From: an uncultured Chitinophaga sp.
GTDB lineage: Bacteria; Bacteroidota; Bacteroidia; 2-12-FULL-35-15
DNA length: 64,000 nt
Direction of reading: 5' to 3'
NCBI GenBank assembly: GCA_964456225.1
Contig: CAYWAV010000001.1
Coordinates: 100,179-164,178 of the forward strand
Shown here: piece by piece, positions 54,473-63,465 of the stretch
How the letters are laid out: each line of letters begins with the position of its first letter
How positions within the stretch are numbered: position 1 is the first letter of the stretch
The notes under the pieces: generated by a model
Told to the model about the DNA's origin: nothing
Databases searched by the model: none
Seen by the model: the letters and a program-made list of their open reading frames with translations, nothing else
Made by a program: the position numbers and the translations under genes

Positions 54473-55483
54473 CTACTGTTTATTGTCTACTACTTTCTTT
54501 GTTTCTTCCATACCACTGTAATCCTGCTTTGTTCCATGAATAAAATCATAGCTATTTACCATGCTCATATCGTTCTCAGTCGGCAAGGGCTGTTCTTTTG
54601 CAAATTTTACTAAATCGGCTAGCAATAGCACGTTTTTTAATTTTGCTTTGCTGTCTTCGTCAATGGCTACTTTTCTGAAACCGAATAATATCTCATCCGT
54701 TGTTTGCTCCAATGCTGCAATTTTAAATCGGTTTTCTATGTATTCGCGAACAATGTCTGTTAACTGACTGTGATATAATTTCAGTTTACCATTTTGCCAT
54801 AAGTTTTCTGTTTTTAGTTTATCCAGTTTTTCAAAAGCAATGATGTGAGCAGGAATTTTTGGAATTTCAACTTCCACCATTAATGGTTCTACTTTTCTTG
54901 TGTATTTAAAAATAAGGATAAGAATAACAATTATTAGAAGAGCACCCAGTATCACCCAAAGTACAAGCATGTTGTCTTTTAACCAATCAAGCCAGGAATA
55001 AGTTTGTTCATAAGGCTCTTTAATATCTTTGATTGCTAGTGTGGTATCAACCGCCATAGTAGTCACTTGAAGTAAAAGGGGATCGGTGAAAATTCCGTTG
55101 GTATCGCCTGCTAAAAATTTAAAAGGTGGAATTGCCCAATAGCCTGAGTCGAAAGAGGTAATATTTAGTATTTGTGTTTGAGTAAATAAAAATGGATCAT
55201 TTTTATCAACGATAGTGTCGATTTTACTCTGACTAACAATTTCAACTTCTTTGCGGATGGTGTCAGCAATCTCCGGCCACAATACTTGAATTCTTTTTCC
55301 ATTATCTACACGGTACTGAATACTCAATTTCAGTTGTACTTGCTCCCCAATTTGAATTTCATTATTATCCAGTTTGGCCGTTGCTTTTATTTGTTGAGCA
55401 TAAGAACTTGGGTGAATACACAACAAAGCTAGGCATAAGGTGATTATGCTATTAAAATGTTTGTATTTACTTTTTGTATTCAT
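54473..55483 (-). CDS. Bat-operon membrane protein (BatD-like N-domain, TM, DUF4381-like C-terminal region)
   Basis: Start moved to MNTKSKYKHFN (ATG at 55483). Signal peptide, central TM helix LVLWVILGALLIIVILILIF. Positioned between DUF58 and batA. Confidence 0.6.
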   Translation of the reverse strand: MNTKSKYKHFNSIITLCLALLCIHPSSYAQQIKATAKLDNNEIQIGEQVQLKLSIQYRVDNGKRIQVLWPEIADTIRKEVEIVSQSKIDTIVDKNDPFLFTQTQILNITSFDSGYWAIPPFKFLAGDTNGIFTDPLLLQVTTMAVDTTLAIKDIKEPYEQTYSWLDWLKDNMLVLWVILGALLIIVILILIFKYTRKVEPLMVEVEIPKIPAHIIAFEKLDKLKTENLWQNGKLKLYHSQLTDIVREYIENRFKIAALEQTTDEILFGFRKVAIDEDSKAKLKNVLLLADLVKFAKEQPLPTENDMSMVNSYDFIHGTKQDYSGMEETKKVVDNKQ

Positions 55484-55552
55484 AGTTCGATTTGTAATCT
55501 TTTCCTCCCCCTGCTCCCTCATAGAGGAGGACGCACTCCGATTCATAATTCG

Positions 55553-55580
55553 TTGTCACCCTGAGCGCAGCCGAAGGGCG
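55553..55580 (+). repeat. REP-A variant TTGTCACCCTGAGCGCAGCCGAAGGGCG
   Basis: Lies in the DUF58/hypothetical spacer, preceded by a G/C-rich patch (55504-55540) that generates the false N-terminal extension MNRSASSSMREQGEE. Confidence 0.75.
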
Positions 55581-55589
55581 TTATCTGTA

Positions 55590-56453
55590 CTATCTTCTTT
55601 TAAATAAGTTCGTTAAAGGAACGATGTATGATTCTTCGGTATTAATGTTAGCTGTATCCACGCCACTTTTTGTAAATGCTTCTTTTAAATTAGCTTCATG
55701 CTTTTTTGCATTCACCATAAACTGTGTTCTTACTTTTTTGTTGGATGTGTCCACCCATTTTAATGTTCCTGTTTCAGCGTCTATGAGTTTCAATAATCCA
55801 ACGTTTGGTAACTCCTGCTCACGTTTGTCATATATTCTCAATGCTACCAAATCATGTTTTTTGTTTGCAATTTTTAAAGCATCGTTAAAGTTGGAGTCCA
55901 TAAAATCAGAAATCACAAAAGCGATACTTCTTTTTTTAATTGCACCAGTTAAATATTTTAAAGCCAGTTCAATGTTTGTTTTTTTATGTTCAGGTTTAAA
56001 CTCAATTAAGTCGCGAATGATCCGTAAAACATGTGTTTTCCCTTTTTTAGGAGGAATAAATTTTTCTATTTTATCTGTAAAAAAGATAACACCAATTTTA
56101 TCGTTGTTCTGAATTGAGGAGAAGGCAAGTACAGCACACAGCTCCGTAATTAAATCTTGTTTCAGTTGTTTGCGTGTTCCAAATTCTCCTGATGCACTTA
56201 CGTCTACCAAAATCATTACGGTCATTTCACGCTCTTCTTCAAATACTTTAACAAAAGGAGTGTTAAAACGAGCTGTAACATTCCAATCGATAGAGCGAAT
56301 GTCATCGCCTGGTTGGTATTCACGAACTTCAGAAAAAGTCATACCACGTCCCTTAAAAGCACTTTGATACTCTCCAGAAAAAATCTGGTTGGAGAGACCT
56401 CGTGTTTTTATCTCAATTTTTCTTACTTTTTTTAAAAGCTCAGCTGTTTCCAT
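55590..56453 (-). CDS. DUF58 domain protein (MoxR-associated)
   Basis: 287 aa. GEYQSAFKGRGMTFSEVREYQPGDDIRSIDWN is the canonical DUF58 motif. Confidence 0.85.
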   Translation of the reverse strand: METAELLKKVRKIEIKTRGLSNQIFSGEYQSAFKGRGMTFSEVREYQPGDDIRSIDWNVTARFNTPFVKVFEEEREMTVMILVDVSASGEFGTRKQLKQDLITELCAVLAFSSIQNNDKIGVIFFTDKIEKFIPPKKGKTHVLRIIRDLIEFKPEHKKTNIELALKYLTGAIKKRSIAFVISDFMDSNFNDALKIANKKHDLVALRIYDKREQELPNVGLLKLIDAETGTLKWVDTSNKKVRTQFMVNAKKHEANLKEAFTKSGVDTANINTEESYIVPLTNLFKRR

Positions 56454-56566
56454 TTACTAATAACAAATTTTTGCGAATATTACGAATAACGAATTTTTAC
56501 GAAACTCTTACAAACCGATTCTAAACATAGAGATTCATAAATTCGTTTTGATTCGTCATCTGTAAC

Positions 56567-57553
56567 CTATGGTACTTCAACCGTATTTAAAATTTCATTG
56601 ATAATCATTTCAGAAGTAATGTTTTCTGCTTCTGCTTCATAAGTTAATCCGATACGGTGACGCAAAACATCATTGCAGATTGCACGAACGTCTTCAGGAA
56701 TTACATAACCTCTACGTTTAATAAATGCATAAGCTTTTGCAGCCATTGCCAAGTTGATACTCGCACGGGGAGAACCACCAAAACTGATTAGTCCGGCAAA
56801 TTTGTCCAATTTATATTCTGAAGGGAATCGGGTAGCAAAAACAATATCGACAATGTATCGCTCAATTTTTTCATCCATGTAAACATCTTTCACAACTTTG
56901 CGAGCTGTTAAAATATCTTCCGGTTTTAAAATTTGACTTACGCTGGGATATTCATTCGCCAAATTGTAATGAATGATTTTTCGCTCATCTTCTTTTGTAG
57001 GATAGCCAATAACAACCTTTAACATAAAACGATCCACTTGTGCCTCTGGTAATGGATAAGTTCCTTCTTGTTCAACAGGATTTTGAGTTGCTAAAACTAA
57101 AAACGGATTGGGGAGTTTAAATGTTTGTTCGCCAATGGTTACTTGTTTCTCTTGCATGGCCTCTAACAAAGCACTTTGCACTTTTGCCGGAGCACGATTG
57201 ATCTCATCGGCTAAAATAAAGTTGGCGAAAATGGGTCCTTTTTTTACAGAAAATTCTTCTTTTTTCTGACTGTATATCATTGTTCCTACTAAATCGGCTG
57301 GAAGCAAGTCTGGCGTAAACTGAATACGGTTAAAATCAGCATCAATACAACTTGCTAAAGATTTTATAGCTAAGGTTTTTGCTAATCCGGGCACACCTTC
57401 TAAAAGAATGTGGCCGTTTGATAGAAGTCCAATCAATAAGCGTTCAACCATGTGTTTTTGTCCTACAATTACTTTGTCCATTTCCATGGTTAGCAAGTCA
57501 ACAAAGGCACTTTCTTTCTGAATGCGCTCGTTTAATTCTTTAATATCAGTCAT
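56567..57553 (-). CDS. moxR: MoxR-family AAA+ ATPase
   Basis: 328 aa. Walker A GVPGLAKT, Walker B ILADEINRA, ATQNP sensor and a C-terminal AAA lid. Confidence 0.92.
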   Translation of the reverse strand: MTDIKELNERIQKESAFVDLLTMEMDKVIVGQKHMVERLLIGLLSNGHILLEGVPGLAKTLAIKSLASCIDADFNRIQFTPDLLPADLVGTMIYSQKKEEFSVKKGPIFANFILADEINRAPAKVQSALLEAMQEKQVTIGEQTFKLPNPFLVLATQNPVEQEGTYPLPEAQVDRFMLKVVIGYPTKEDERKIIHYNLANEYPSVSQILKPEDILTARKVVKDVYMDEKIERYIVDIVFATRFPSEYKLDKFAGLISFGGSPRASINLAMAAKAYAFIKRRGYVIPEDVRAICNDVLRHRIGLTYEAEAENITSEMIINEILNTVEVP

Positions 57554-57681
57554 TTGTTTGATTTTTTTAGTCCCGGATGAAAGGGATTGTTTAGCATTTT
57601 TAGTCGTGGCAAAATTAACACAAACCTACGCTAATAGCTGATTAGGGCTGTTAAAAATTGTTAAAGCAAATAGGTTGTTTC

Positions 57682-57708
57682 ATGTCATTTCAAGCAGAGT
57701 TGAGAAAC
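57682..57708 (+). repeat. Degenerate REP-A copy
   Basis: atgtcatttcaagcagagttgagaaac compared with ctgtcatttcgagcggagtcgaaaaac at 13228. Confidence 0.6.
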
Positions 57709-57729
57709 AATTTTGAGCATTTAATTCCT

Positions 57730-57737
57730 TACATTTG
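57730..57737 (+). promoter_or_regulatory. Candidate -7 box TACATTTG upstream of truA
   Basis: Exact TAnnTTTG match. It overlaps the track's TTG start at 57735, which argues for the downstream ATG. Confidence 0.4.
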
Positions 57738-57776
57738 TCGCTTCCTAAACATGCTTTAGGACTGCAAATCTTCAAT

Positions 57777-58547
57777 ATGTTAATGAAACGTTATTTTATT
57801 CAACTTTCCTATAACGGAACAGCTTACCACGGTTGGCAAGTTCAGTTGAATACCCTTTCAACCATTCAGCAGGTAATTAACGAAATGCTTTCGAAACTAT
57901 TAAATGAAGGTGTAACTGTTATGGGTTGCGGACGAACAGATACAGGCGTTCATGCAACAGATTACTATGCACATTTTGATACTTCGGTAGATTTGTTGGC
58001 CGATAAAGCAAAATGGATTTTTAAATTTAATCATGCTTTGCCAGCAGATATTGCAATTCACGATATATTAAAAGTGAAAGAAAATGCCAATGCACGTTTT
58101 GATGCAGTTGCAAGAACCTATCAATACATCATCAATAAAAAGAAAGATCCTTTTCGTATTGCCAGTTCTTGTTTTATTTATGGCGATTTAAATGTGGCTG
58201 AAATGAACAAAGCTTCAAAAGTATTATTTGATTATGCTGACTTTTCTGCATTTGCAAAAAGTAATACACAAACAGGTTCTAATATCTGTAAGCTATATAA
58301 AGCGGAGTGGAGGGAAGAAAATGATTTGTTGATTTTTACTATTTCTGCAGATAGATTTTTAAGAAATATGGTGAGAGCAATTGTTGGGACCATGCTGGAG
58401 ATTGGAAAAGGAAAAACTACGATTGAAGAGTTGCGAGAAATTATTGACAGTAAAAACCGTTCCAATGCAGGTTTGTCGGCTCATGCATGCGGACTGTATT
58501 TAATAAAAGTAGACTACCCAACAGATTATTTTAAACAGATTGAATGA
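57777..58547 (+). CDS. truA: tRNA pseudouridine(38-40) synthase TruA
   Basis: Start at MLMKRYFIQLSYNGTAYHGWQ (ATG at 57777, alternative at 57783). Catalytic GCGRTDTGVHA motif. Confidence 0.9.
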   Translation: MLMKRYFIQLSYNGTAYHGWQVQLNTLSTIQQVINEMLSKLLNEGVTVMGCGRTDTGVHATDYYAHFDTSVDLLADKAKWIFKFNHALPADIAIHDILKVKENANARFDAVARTYQYIINKKKDPFRIASSCFIYGDLNVAEMNKASKVLFDYADFSAFAKSNTQTGSNICKLYKAEWREENDLLIFTISADRFLRNMVRAIVGTMLEIGKGKTTIEELREIIDSKNRSNAGLSAHACGLYLIKVDYPTDYFKQIE

Positions 58548-60394
58548 GTGTAGAAAAGAAAAAAACAGTTATTGGTAAAGCAGTTGATGTTGCCATTCTG
58601 AAACGAATATTTGTCTATGTAAAACCCTACAAGAAAAATTTCGTGCTGGCAGTTTGTACAACTATTTTTCTTGCTTTCCTTTCGCCTGTTCGACCGATAT
58701 TGATTCAATACACTTTAGATCGATTTGTTTTTGATTCACCGCAAATTACTGATGACCAAGCATTTGATGTTCATTCTTTCATTGATAAATTTATTCCAAT
58801 TGGCGATAGTTCAAATATGGCTATGTTGCTTTTTATGACCATGGTTTTGGTTGTGTTGCTTACGTCTGAAGCTTTTTTTCAATTTGTTGATTCTTACTTA
58901 ACAAATAGTTTAGGACAAAAAGTAATCAAAGATATTCGTGTTCAACTCTATAAACACATTCTTAATTTACGATTAAAATATTATGATAACAATCCGATTG
59001 GAATGATGGTAACACGTGCTGTATCGGATATAGAAGTGATTGCTGATATATTTTCAAATGGATTGATTGTTATTATTGGTGATATTTTAAAAATTATTGT
59101 GATTGTAATTGTGATGTTCTTTATCAACTTTAAACTTACTTTAATTGCTTTAACAACCATTCCACTTTTATTGATAGCTACTTATATTTTTAAAAAATCC
59201 GTTCAAAGATCATTTCAAGATGTAAGAACACAAGTTGCGCGCTTAAACACATTTGTTCAGGAACACATTACTGGAATGAATATCATTCAGATTTTTAATC
59301 GTGAAAAAGCAGAGTATAAAAAGTTTGATGATATAAATGCAAAACATAGAAATGCAAATATTGATTCAGTTATGGCGTATTCTATTTTCTTTCCTGTTGT
59401 GGAAATTTTATCATCCTTAGCACTAGCATTAGTTGTTTGGTGGGGAGGGAAAGGTGTTTTGCAAGGCGAAGCAAGTGTTGGACAATTGGTTTCATTCATT
59501 ATGTTTTTGAACATGATGTTTCGTCCCATCCGTCAGTTAGCGGATCGTTTTAATACTTTACAAATGGGAATGGTTTCTTCCGAACGAGTTTTGAAAGTTT
59601 TGGATACTGTTGAGATTATAGAAAACAAAGGAACAAAAGAAGCAAACGGAATAGAAGGGGATGTGGAGTTTAAAGATGTTTGGTTTGCATATAACGAAGA
59701 AGACTGGATTATAAAAAATGTTTCATTTTCTGTAAAGCAGGGAGAAACAATTGCATTGGTAGGTGCTACAGGAGCAGGGAAATCCTCCATCATTAATTTG
59801 TTGAACCGTTTTTACGAGTACAATAAAGGAAGCATTGCAATTGACGGAATAGATGTTAGAGATTATGAATTAATTTCTCTGAGAAAGAACATTGCTGTAG
59901 TTTTGCAGGATGTCTTTTTGTTTTCGGATACCATTGCAAATAATATTTCATTGAATAATCCGGAGATAACCCGCGAACAAATTGTTGAAGCTTCAAAAAT
60001 GGTGGGAGCGCATGAATTCATCAGCAAGCTCCCGGATGCTTATGATTACAATGTAATGGAGCGGGGCGGGATGCTTTCGGTTGGGCAACGACAATTGATT
60101 TCCTTCATCAGAGCGTACGTGTACAATCCTAAAATATTGATTTTGGATGAAGCAACATCTTCCATTGATACCGAATCAGAAAAGTTGATTCAAAATGCAA
60201 TTGATATTCTAACAAAAGGAAGAACATCAATTGTGATTGCTCACCGATTAGCAACTATTCAAAAAGCAGATAAAATTATTGTGATGGACAAAGGAGAAAT
60301 TATTGAAATGGGAAATCATCAGGAACTGCTAAGGAAAAACGGACAGTACAAACGCTTGTTTGAATTGCAGTTTAAGGAGGAAGGAGTGGATTAA
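58544..60394 (+). CDS. ABC exporter, fused permease/ATPase (MsbA/multidrug type)
   Basis: 616 aa. Six-TM domain plus NBD with Walker A GATGAGKSS, signature LSVGQRQ and Walker B ILILDEATS. ATGA overlap with truA. Confidence 0.88.
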   Translation: MSVEKKKTVIGKAVDVAILKRIFVYVKPYKKNFVLAVCTTIFLAFLSPVRPILIQYTLDRFVFDSPQITDDQAFDVHSFIDKFIPIGDSSNMAMLLFMTMVLVVLLTSEAFFQFVDSYLTNSLGQKVIKDIRVQLYKHILNLRLKYYDNNPIGMMVTRAVSDIEVIADIFSNGLIVIIGDILKIIVIVIVMFFINFKLTLIALTTIPLLLIATYIFKKSVQRSFQDVRTQVARLNTFVQEHITGMNIIQIFNREKAEYKKFDDINAKHRNANIDSVMAYSIFFPVVEILSSLALALVVWWGGKGVLQGEASVGQLVSFIMFLNMMFRPIRQLADRFNTLQMGMVSSERVLKVLDTVEIIENKGTKEANGIEGDVEFKDVWFAYNEEDWIIKNVSFSVKQGETIALVGATGAGKSSIINLLNRFYEYNKGSIAIDGIDVRDYELISLRKNIAVVLQDVFLFSDTIANNISLNNPEITREQIVEASKMVGAHEFISKLPDAYDYNVMERGGMLSVGQRQLISFIRAYVYNPKILILDEATSSIDTESEKLIQNAIDILTKGRTSIVIAHRLATIQKADKIIVMDKGEIIEMGNHQELLRKNGQYKRLFELQFKEEGVD

Positions 60395-60395
60395 G

Positions 60396-63350
60396 TTACA
60401 CAGATTTCAAAACACTCAACTTCTCCTTCAAATAAGCTCCAGTATAAGAACCTTTGCATTTTATTAAACCTTCTGGAACACCTTCAAAAACAATTGTTCC
60501 ACCATCTGTTCCACCTTCCGGACCTAAATCAATAACCCAGTCGGCACATTTTATTATTTCTGCGTTGTGTTCAATTATAATAAGTGAATGTCCTTGTTTA
60601 ATCAATGCATTGAAAGCATATAATAATTTGGAAATATCATGGAAATGCAATCCTGTTGTTGGCTCATCAAAAATAAATAGAGTGGGAGTGTTGCTGTTTT
60701 GTCCTATTCCAAGAAAGGATGCTAATTTTATTCGTTGTGCTTCTCCACCGCTGAGCGTGCTGGACGGTTGTCCAAGGTGGACGTAACCCAAACCAACATC
60801 CGAAAGCGGTTGTAGCTTTTGCACAATCTTTTTTTCTGTATTCGTTGGTCGTTGTGGTAAACTGAAAAAATCAATTGCATCATCAACGGTCATATTTAAA
60901 ATGTCAGAAATGTTTTTATCCTGGTAAGTGATTTCAAGAATATCTTGTTTGAAACGTTTTCCGTTGCAGGATTCGCAAACCAGATGAATGTCCGCCATGA
61001 ACTGCATCTCTACCGTTACTTCGCCTTCTCCTTCACACACTTCACATCTTCCTCCATCCACGTTGAATGAAAAGTGAGAAGGTTTGTATCCTCTGTTTTT
61101 TGCTAATTGTTGGTCGGCAAACAATGCACGTATTTCATCGTATGCTTTTACATAGGTCACAGGATTGGAGCGTGATGATTTACCAATTGGATTTTGGTCA
61201 ATCATTTCAACAGCTGCAATACTTTTGTAATCTCCGTTTAATTTTTCAAATGTTCCAGTAGCTTCACCAAATCCTCCGTGAATTTTTTTCAAGGCAGGAT
61301 ATAATACGCGTTTTACTAAAGATGTTTTTCCGGAACCGCTCACACCCGTCACAACACACATTACATTCAAAGGAAATTTTACATTTACTCCTTTTAAATT
61401 ATTTTCGCGCACACCCGTAAGCTCGATTGATTGGTTCCAATTTCTTCTGGACGAAGGAACAGGAATGCTTTCTTTACCAGTTAAGTACAATGCGGTTAAA
61501 CTTCTTTCTTCCGTTGCCAAGTCTTTATGTGTTCCTTGGAAAACTAATTCGCCACCATGTGTGCCGGCAAGCGGACCAATGTCAATCAGTTGATCGGCTG
61601 CACGCATAATTTCTTCATCGTGTTCAACTACGATAACCGTATTGCCAATATCTCGTAAAGAATTCAATACTTTAATTAAGCGTTCGGTATCGCGGGAGTG
61701 TAAACCAATACTGGGCTCATCTAAAATATACATAGAACCGACCAAACTGCTTCCTAAGGATGTTGCTAAGTTGATACGTTGCGATTCTCCACCCGACAAA
61801 CTATTCGATAAACGGTTGAGCGTTAAATAACCTAATCCAACATCATCTAAAAACTGCAAACGATTTTTTATTTCTACTAAAATTCTTTTTGCAACTTCTG
61901 TTTCGTAAGTCGTTAATTTTATTTTCGAAAAGAATTCCAATGAATCTTTGATGGGCATCAACACAACATCGTTAATGGAATGCTCTGCTACTTTTACATA
62001 CGTTGCATCCTTGCGGAGACGGGTGCCTTGGCAATCTGGACAAACGGTTTTTCCTCTGTAACGAGAAAGCATAACACGGTATTGAATTTTGTAGGCTTGT
62101 GCTTCTAGGTGTTTAAAGAAATCGTTTAACCCTTGAAAATATTTATTTCCCGTCCAAAGTAATTTTTTTTCTTTCGGAGTTAAATCATAAAAAGAACGGT
62201 GAATAGGAAAATCGAATTTGTGAGAGCTGTTTACCAAAACATTTTTCCATTCGCTCATTTTATCGCCTTTCCAACAAACTATTGCATCTTCAAATACAGA
62301 TAGATTTTTATTTGGAATAACTAAATCTTCATCAATGCCAATAACACTTCCGAATCCTTCGCATAATTTACAAGCACCAATCGGGTTGTTGAAGCTAAAA
62401 AAATTGGTAGTTGGTTCTTCAAACGTTAATCCATCTAATTCAAATTTGTTTGAGAAAGACCTCTCCGACCTCACCCCGGCCCTCTCCGAAGGAGAGGGAG
62501 TTAGCTTCGATTCCAGATTCTTCTTTGATTTTTTGGCTTTAGCTTCGTTAGGTGAAGGATTTGTAGTTTCGATTTTAGACTCTTCACCCATTACTTCTAT
62601 GGAGCAATTGCCCGCTCCTTCATAAAAGGCAGTCTGCACCGAATCGGAAATACGATTTTCATTGTCTTCATCATCCGGGCGAACCGTTAAACGATCTACT
62701 ACAATATAAATTTGCTCTTTTTCCGAAAATTTGGAAGCAACAAAGTCTTCAATTTTAGAAACTATTCCGTTTTGCTGGATTCGTGTAAAACCTTGTTGAG
62801 CCAAAAGCTCTAATTGTTTCTTGAATGTTTTATCCGTTTGTTTTGTTATTGGAGAAAGCACCAGAATCTTTGTTTCAGGAGCTAATGAATTGATGTACTT
62901 AGAAACATCATCAACAGTATCACGTTTTACCTGATTTCCGGAAACGGGCGACATTGTTCTTCCAATACGAGCATATAATAGTTTCAGATAGTCATAAATT
63001 TCGGTAGAAGTCCCAACAGTAGAGCGTGGATTTCTGGAATTTACTTTTTGCTCGATTGCAATTGCAGGAGAAATACCTTTTATGTAATCTACTTCAGGTT
63101 TATCAATCCGACCTAAGAACTGTCGCGCATAAGATGAAAGACTTTCTACATACCGTCTTTGGCCTTCCGCATAAAGTGTATCGAATGCCAATGAAGATTT
63201 CCCCGAACCTGAGAGTCCTGTGATTACAATAAGTTTATTTCGTGGAATCGCAACATCAATATTCTTTAGATTGTGCACGCGGGCTCCTTTGATAAGGATA
63301 TATTCTTTCGAATTTAGGTCTTCTATGTTTTTAGGCTTCGCCATTTCCAT
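60396..63350 (-). CDS. uvrA: Excinuclease ABC subunit UvrA (with an extra ~40-aa insert)
   Basis: 984 aa. Two ABC modules (GLSGSGKSS, GVSGSGKTS), zinc modules (CPDCQGTR, CEVCEGEG...CESCNG) and signature LSGGE twice. Confidence 0.96.
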   Translation of the reverse strand: MEMAKPKNIEDLNSKEYILIKGARVHNLKNIDVAIPRNKLIVITGLSGSGKSSLAFDTLYAEGQRRYVESLSSYARQFLGRIDKPEVDYIKGISPAIAIEQKVNSRNPRSTVGTSTEIYDYLKLLYARIGRTMSPVSGNQVKRDTVDDVSKYINSLAPETKILVLSPITKQTDKTFKKQLELLAQQGFTRIQQNGIVSKIEDFVASKFSEKEQIYIVVDRLTVRPDDEDNENRISDSVQTAFYEGAGNCSIEVMGEESKIETTNPSPNEAKAKKSKKNLESKLTPSPSERAGVRSERSFSNKFELDGLTFEEPTTNFFSFNNPIGACKLCEGFGSVIGIDEDLVIPNKNLSVFEDAIVCWKGDKMSEWKNVLVNSSHKFDFPIHRSFYDLTPKEKKLLWTGNKYFQGLNDFFKHLEAQAYKIQYRVMLSRYRGKTVCPDCQGTRLRKDATYVKVAEHSINDVVLMPIKDSLEFFSKIKLTTYETEVAKRILVEIKNRLQFLDDVGLGYLTLNRLSNSLSGGESQRINLATSLGSSLVGSMYILDEPSIGLHSRDTERLIKVLNSLRDIGNTVIVVEHDEEIMRAADQLIDIGPLAGTHGGELVFQGTHKDLATEERSLTALYLTGKESIPVPSSRRNWNQSIELTGVRENNLKGVNVKFPLNVMCVVTGVSGSGKTSLVKRVLYPALKKIHGGFGEATGTFEKLNGDYKSIAAVEMIDQNPIGKSSRSNPVTYVKAYDEIRALFADQQLAKNRGYKPSHFSFNVDGGRCEVCEGEGEVTVEMQFMADIHLVCESCNGKRFKQDILEITYQDKNISDILNMTVDDAIDFFSLPQRPTNTEKKIVQKLQPLSDVGLGYVHLGQPSSTLSGGEAQRIKLASFLGIGQNSNTPTLFIFDEPTTGLHFHDISKLLYAFNALIKQGHSLIIIEHNAEIIKCADWVIDLGPEGGTDGGTIVFEGVPEGLIKCKGSYTGAYLKEKLSVLKSV
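62458..62502. repeat. REP-B repeat copy embedded in frame in uvrA
   Basis: The sense strand reads aactccctctccttcggagagggccggggtgaggtcggagaggtc, with the hairpin ccctctcc-ttc-ggagaggg. It is translated as TPSPSERAGVRSERS. Confidence 0.75.
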
Positions 63351-63465
63351 TCAGCTTGTTTTTTGCAATTCACAGGCAAAAAAGCAGTTTTTCTATTTAT
63401 GCAAAGATAATAAATTAATTACTGGGTTTTGTTGGTGTAGAGCGTTTTGGTGGGAAAATACCCGC

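Noticed and set aside
58544-60394. The fused ABC exporter as the missing ATPase of the 35054..39822 importer
   Set aside because: It is a half-transporter with its own six-TM domain (exporter architecture). It lies 19 kb away and is coupled to truA, so it is not a DppD/DppF-type importer ATPase.
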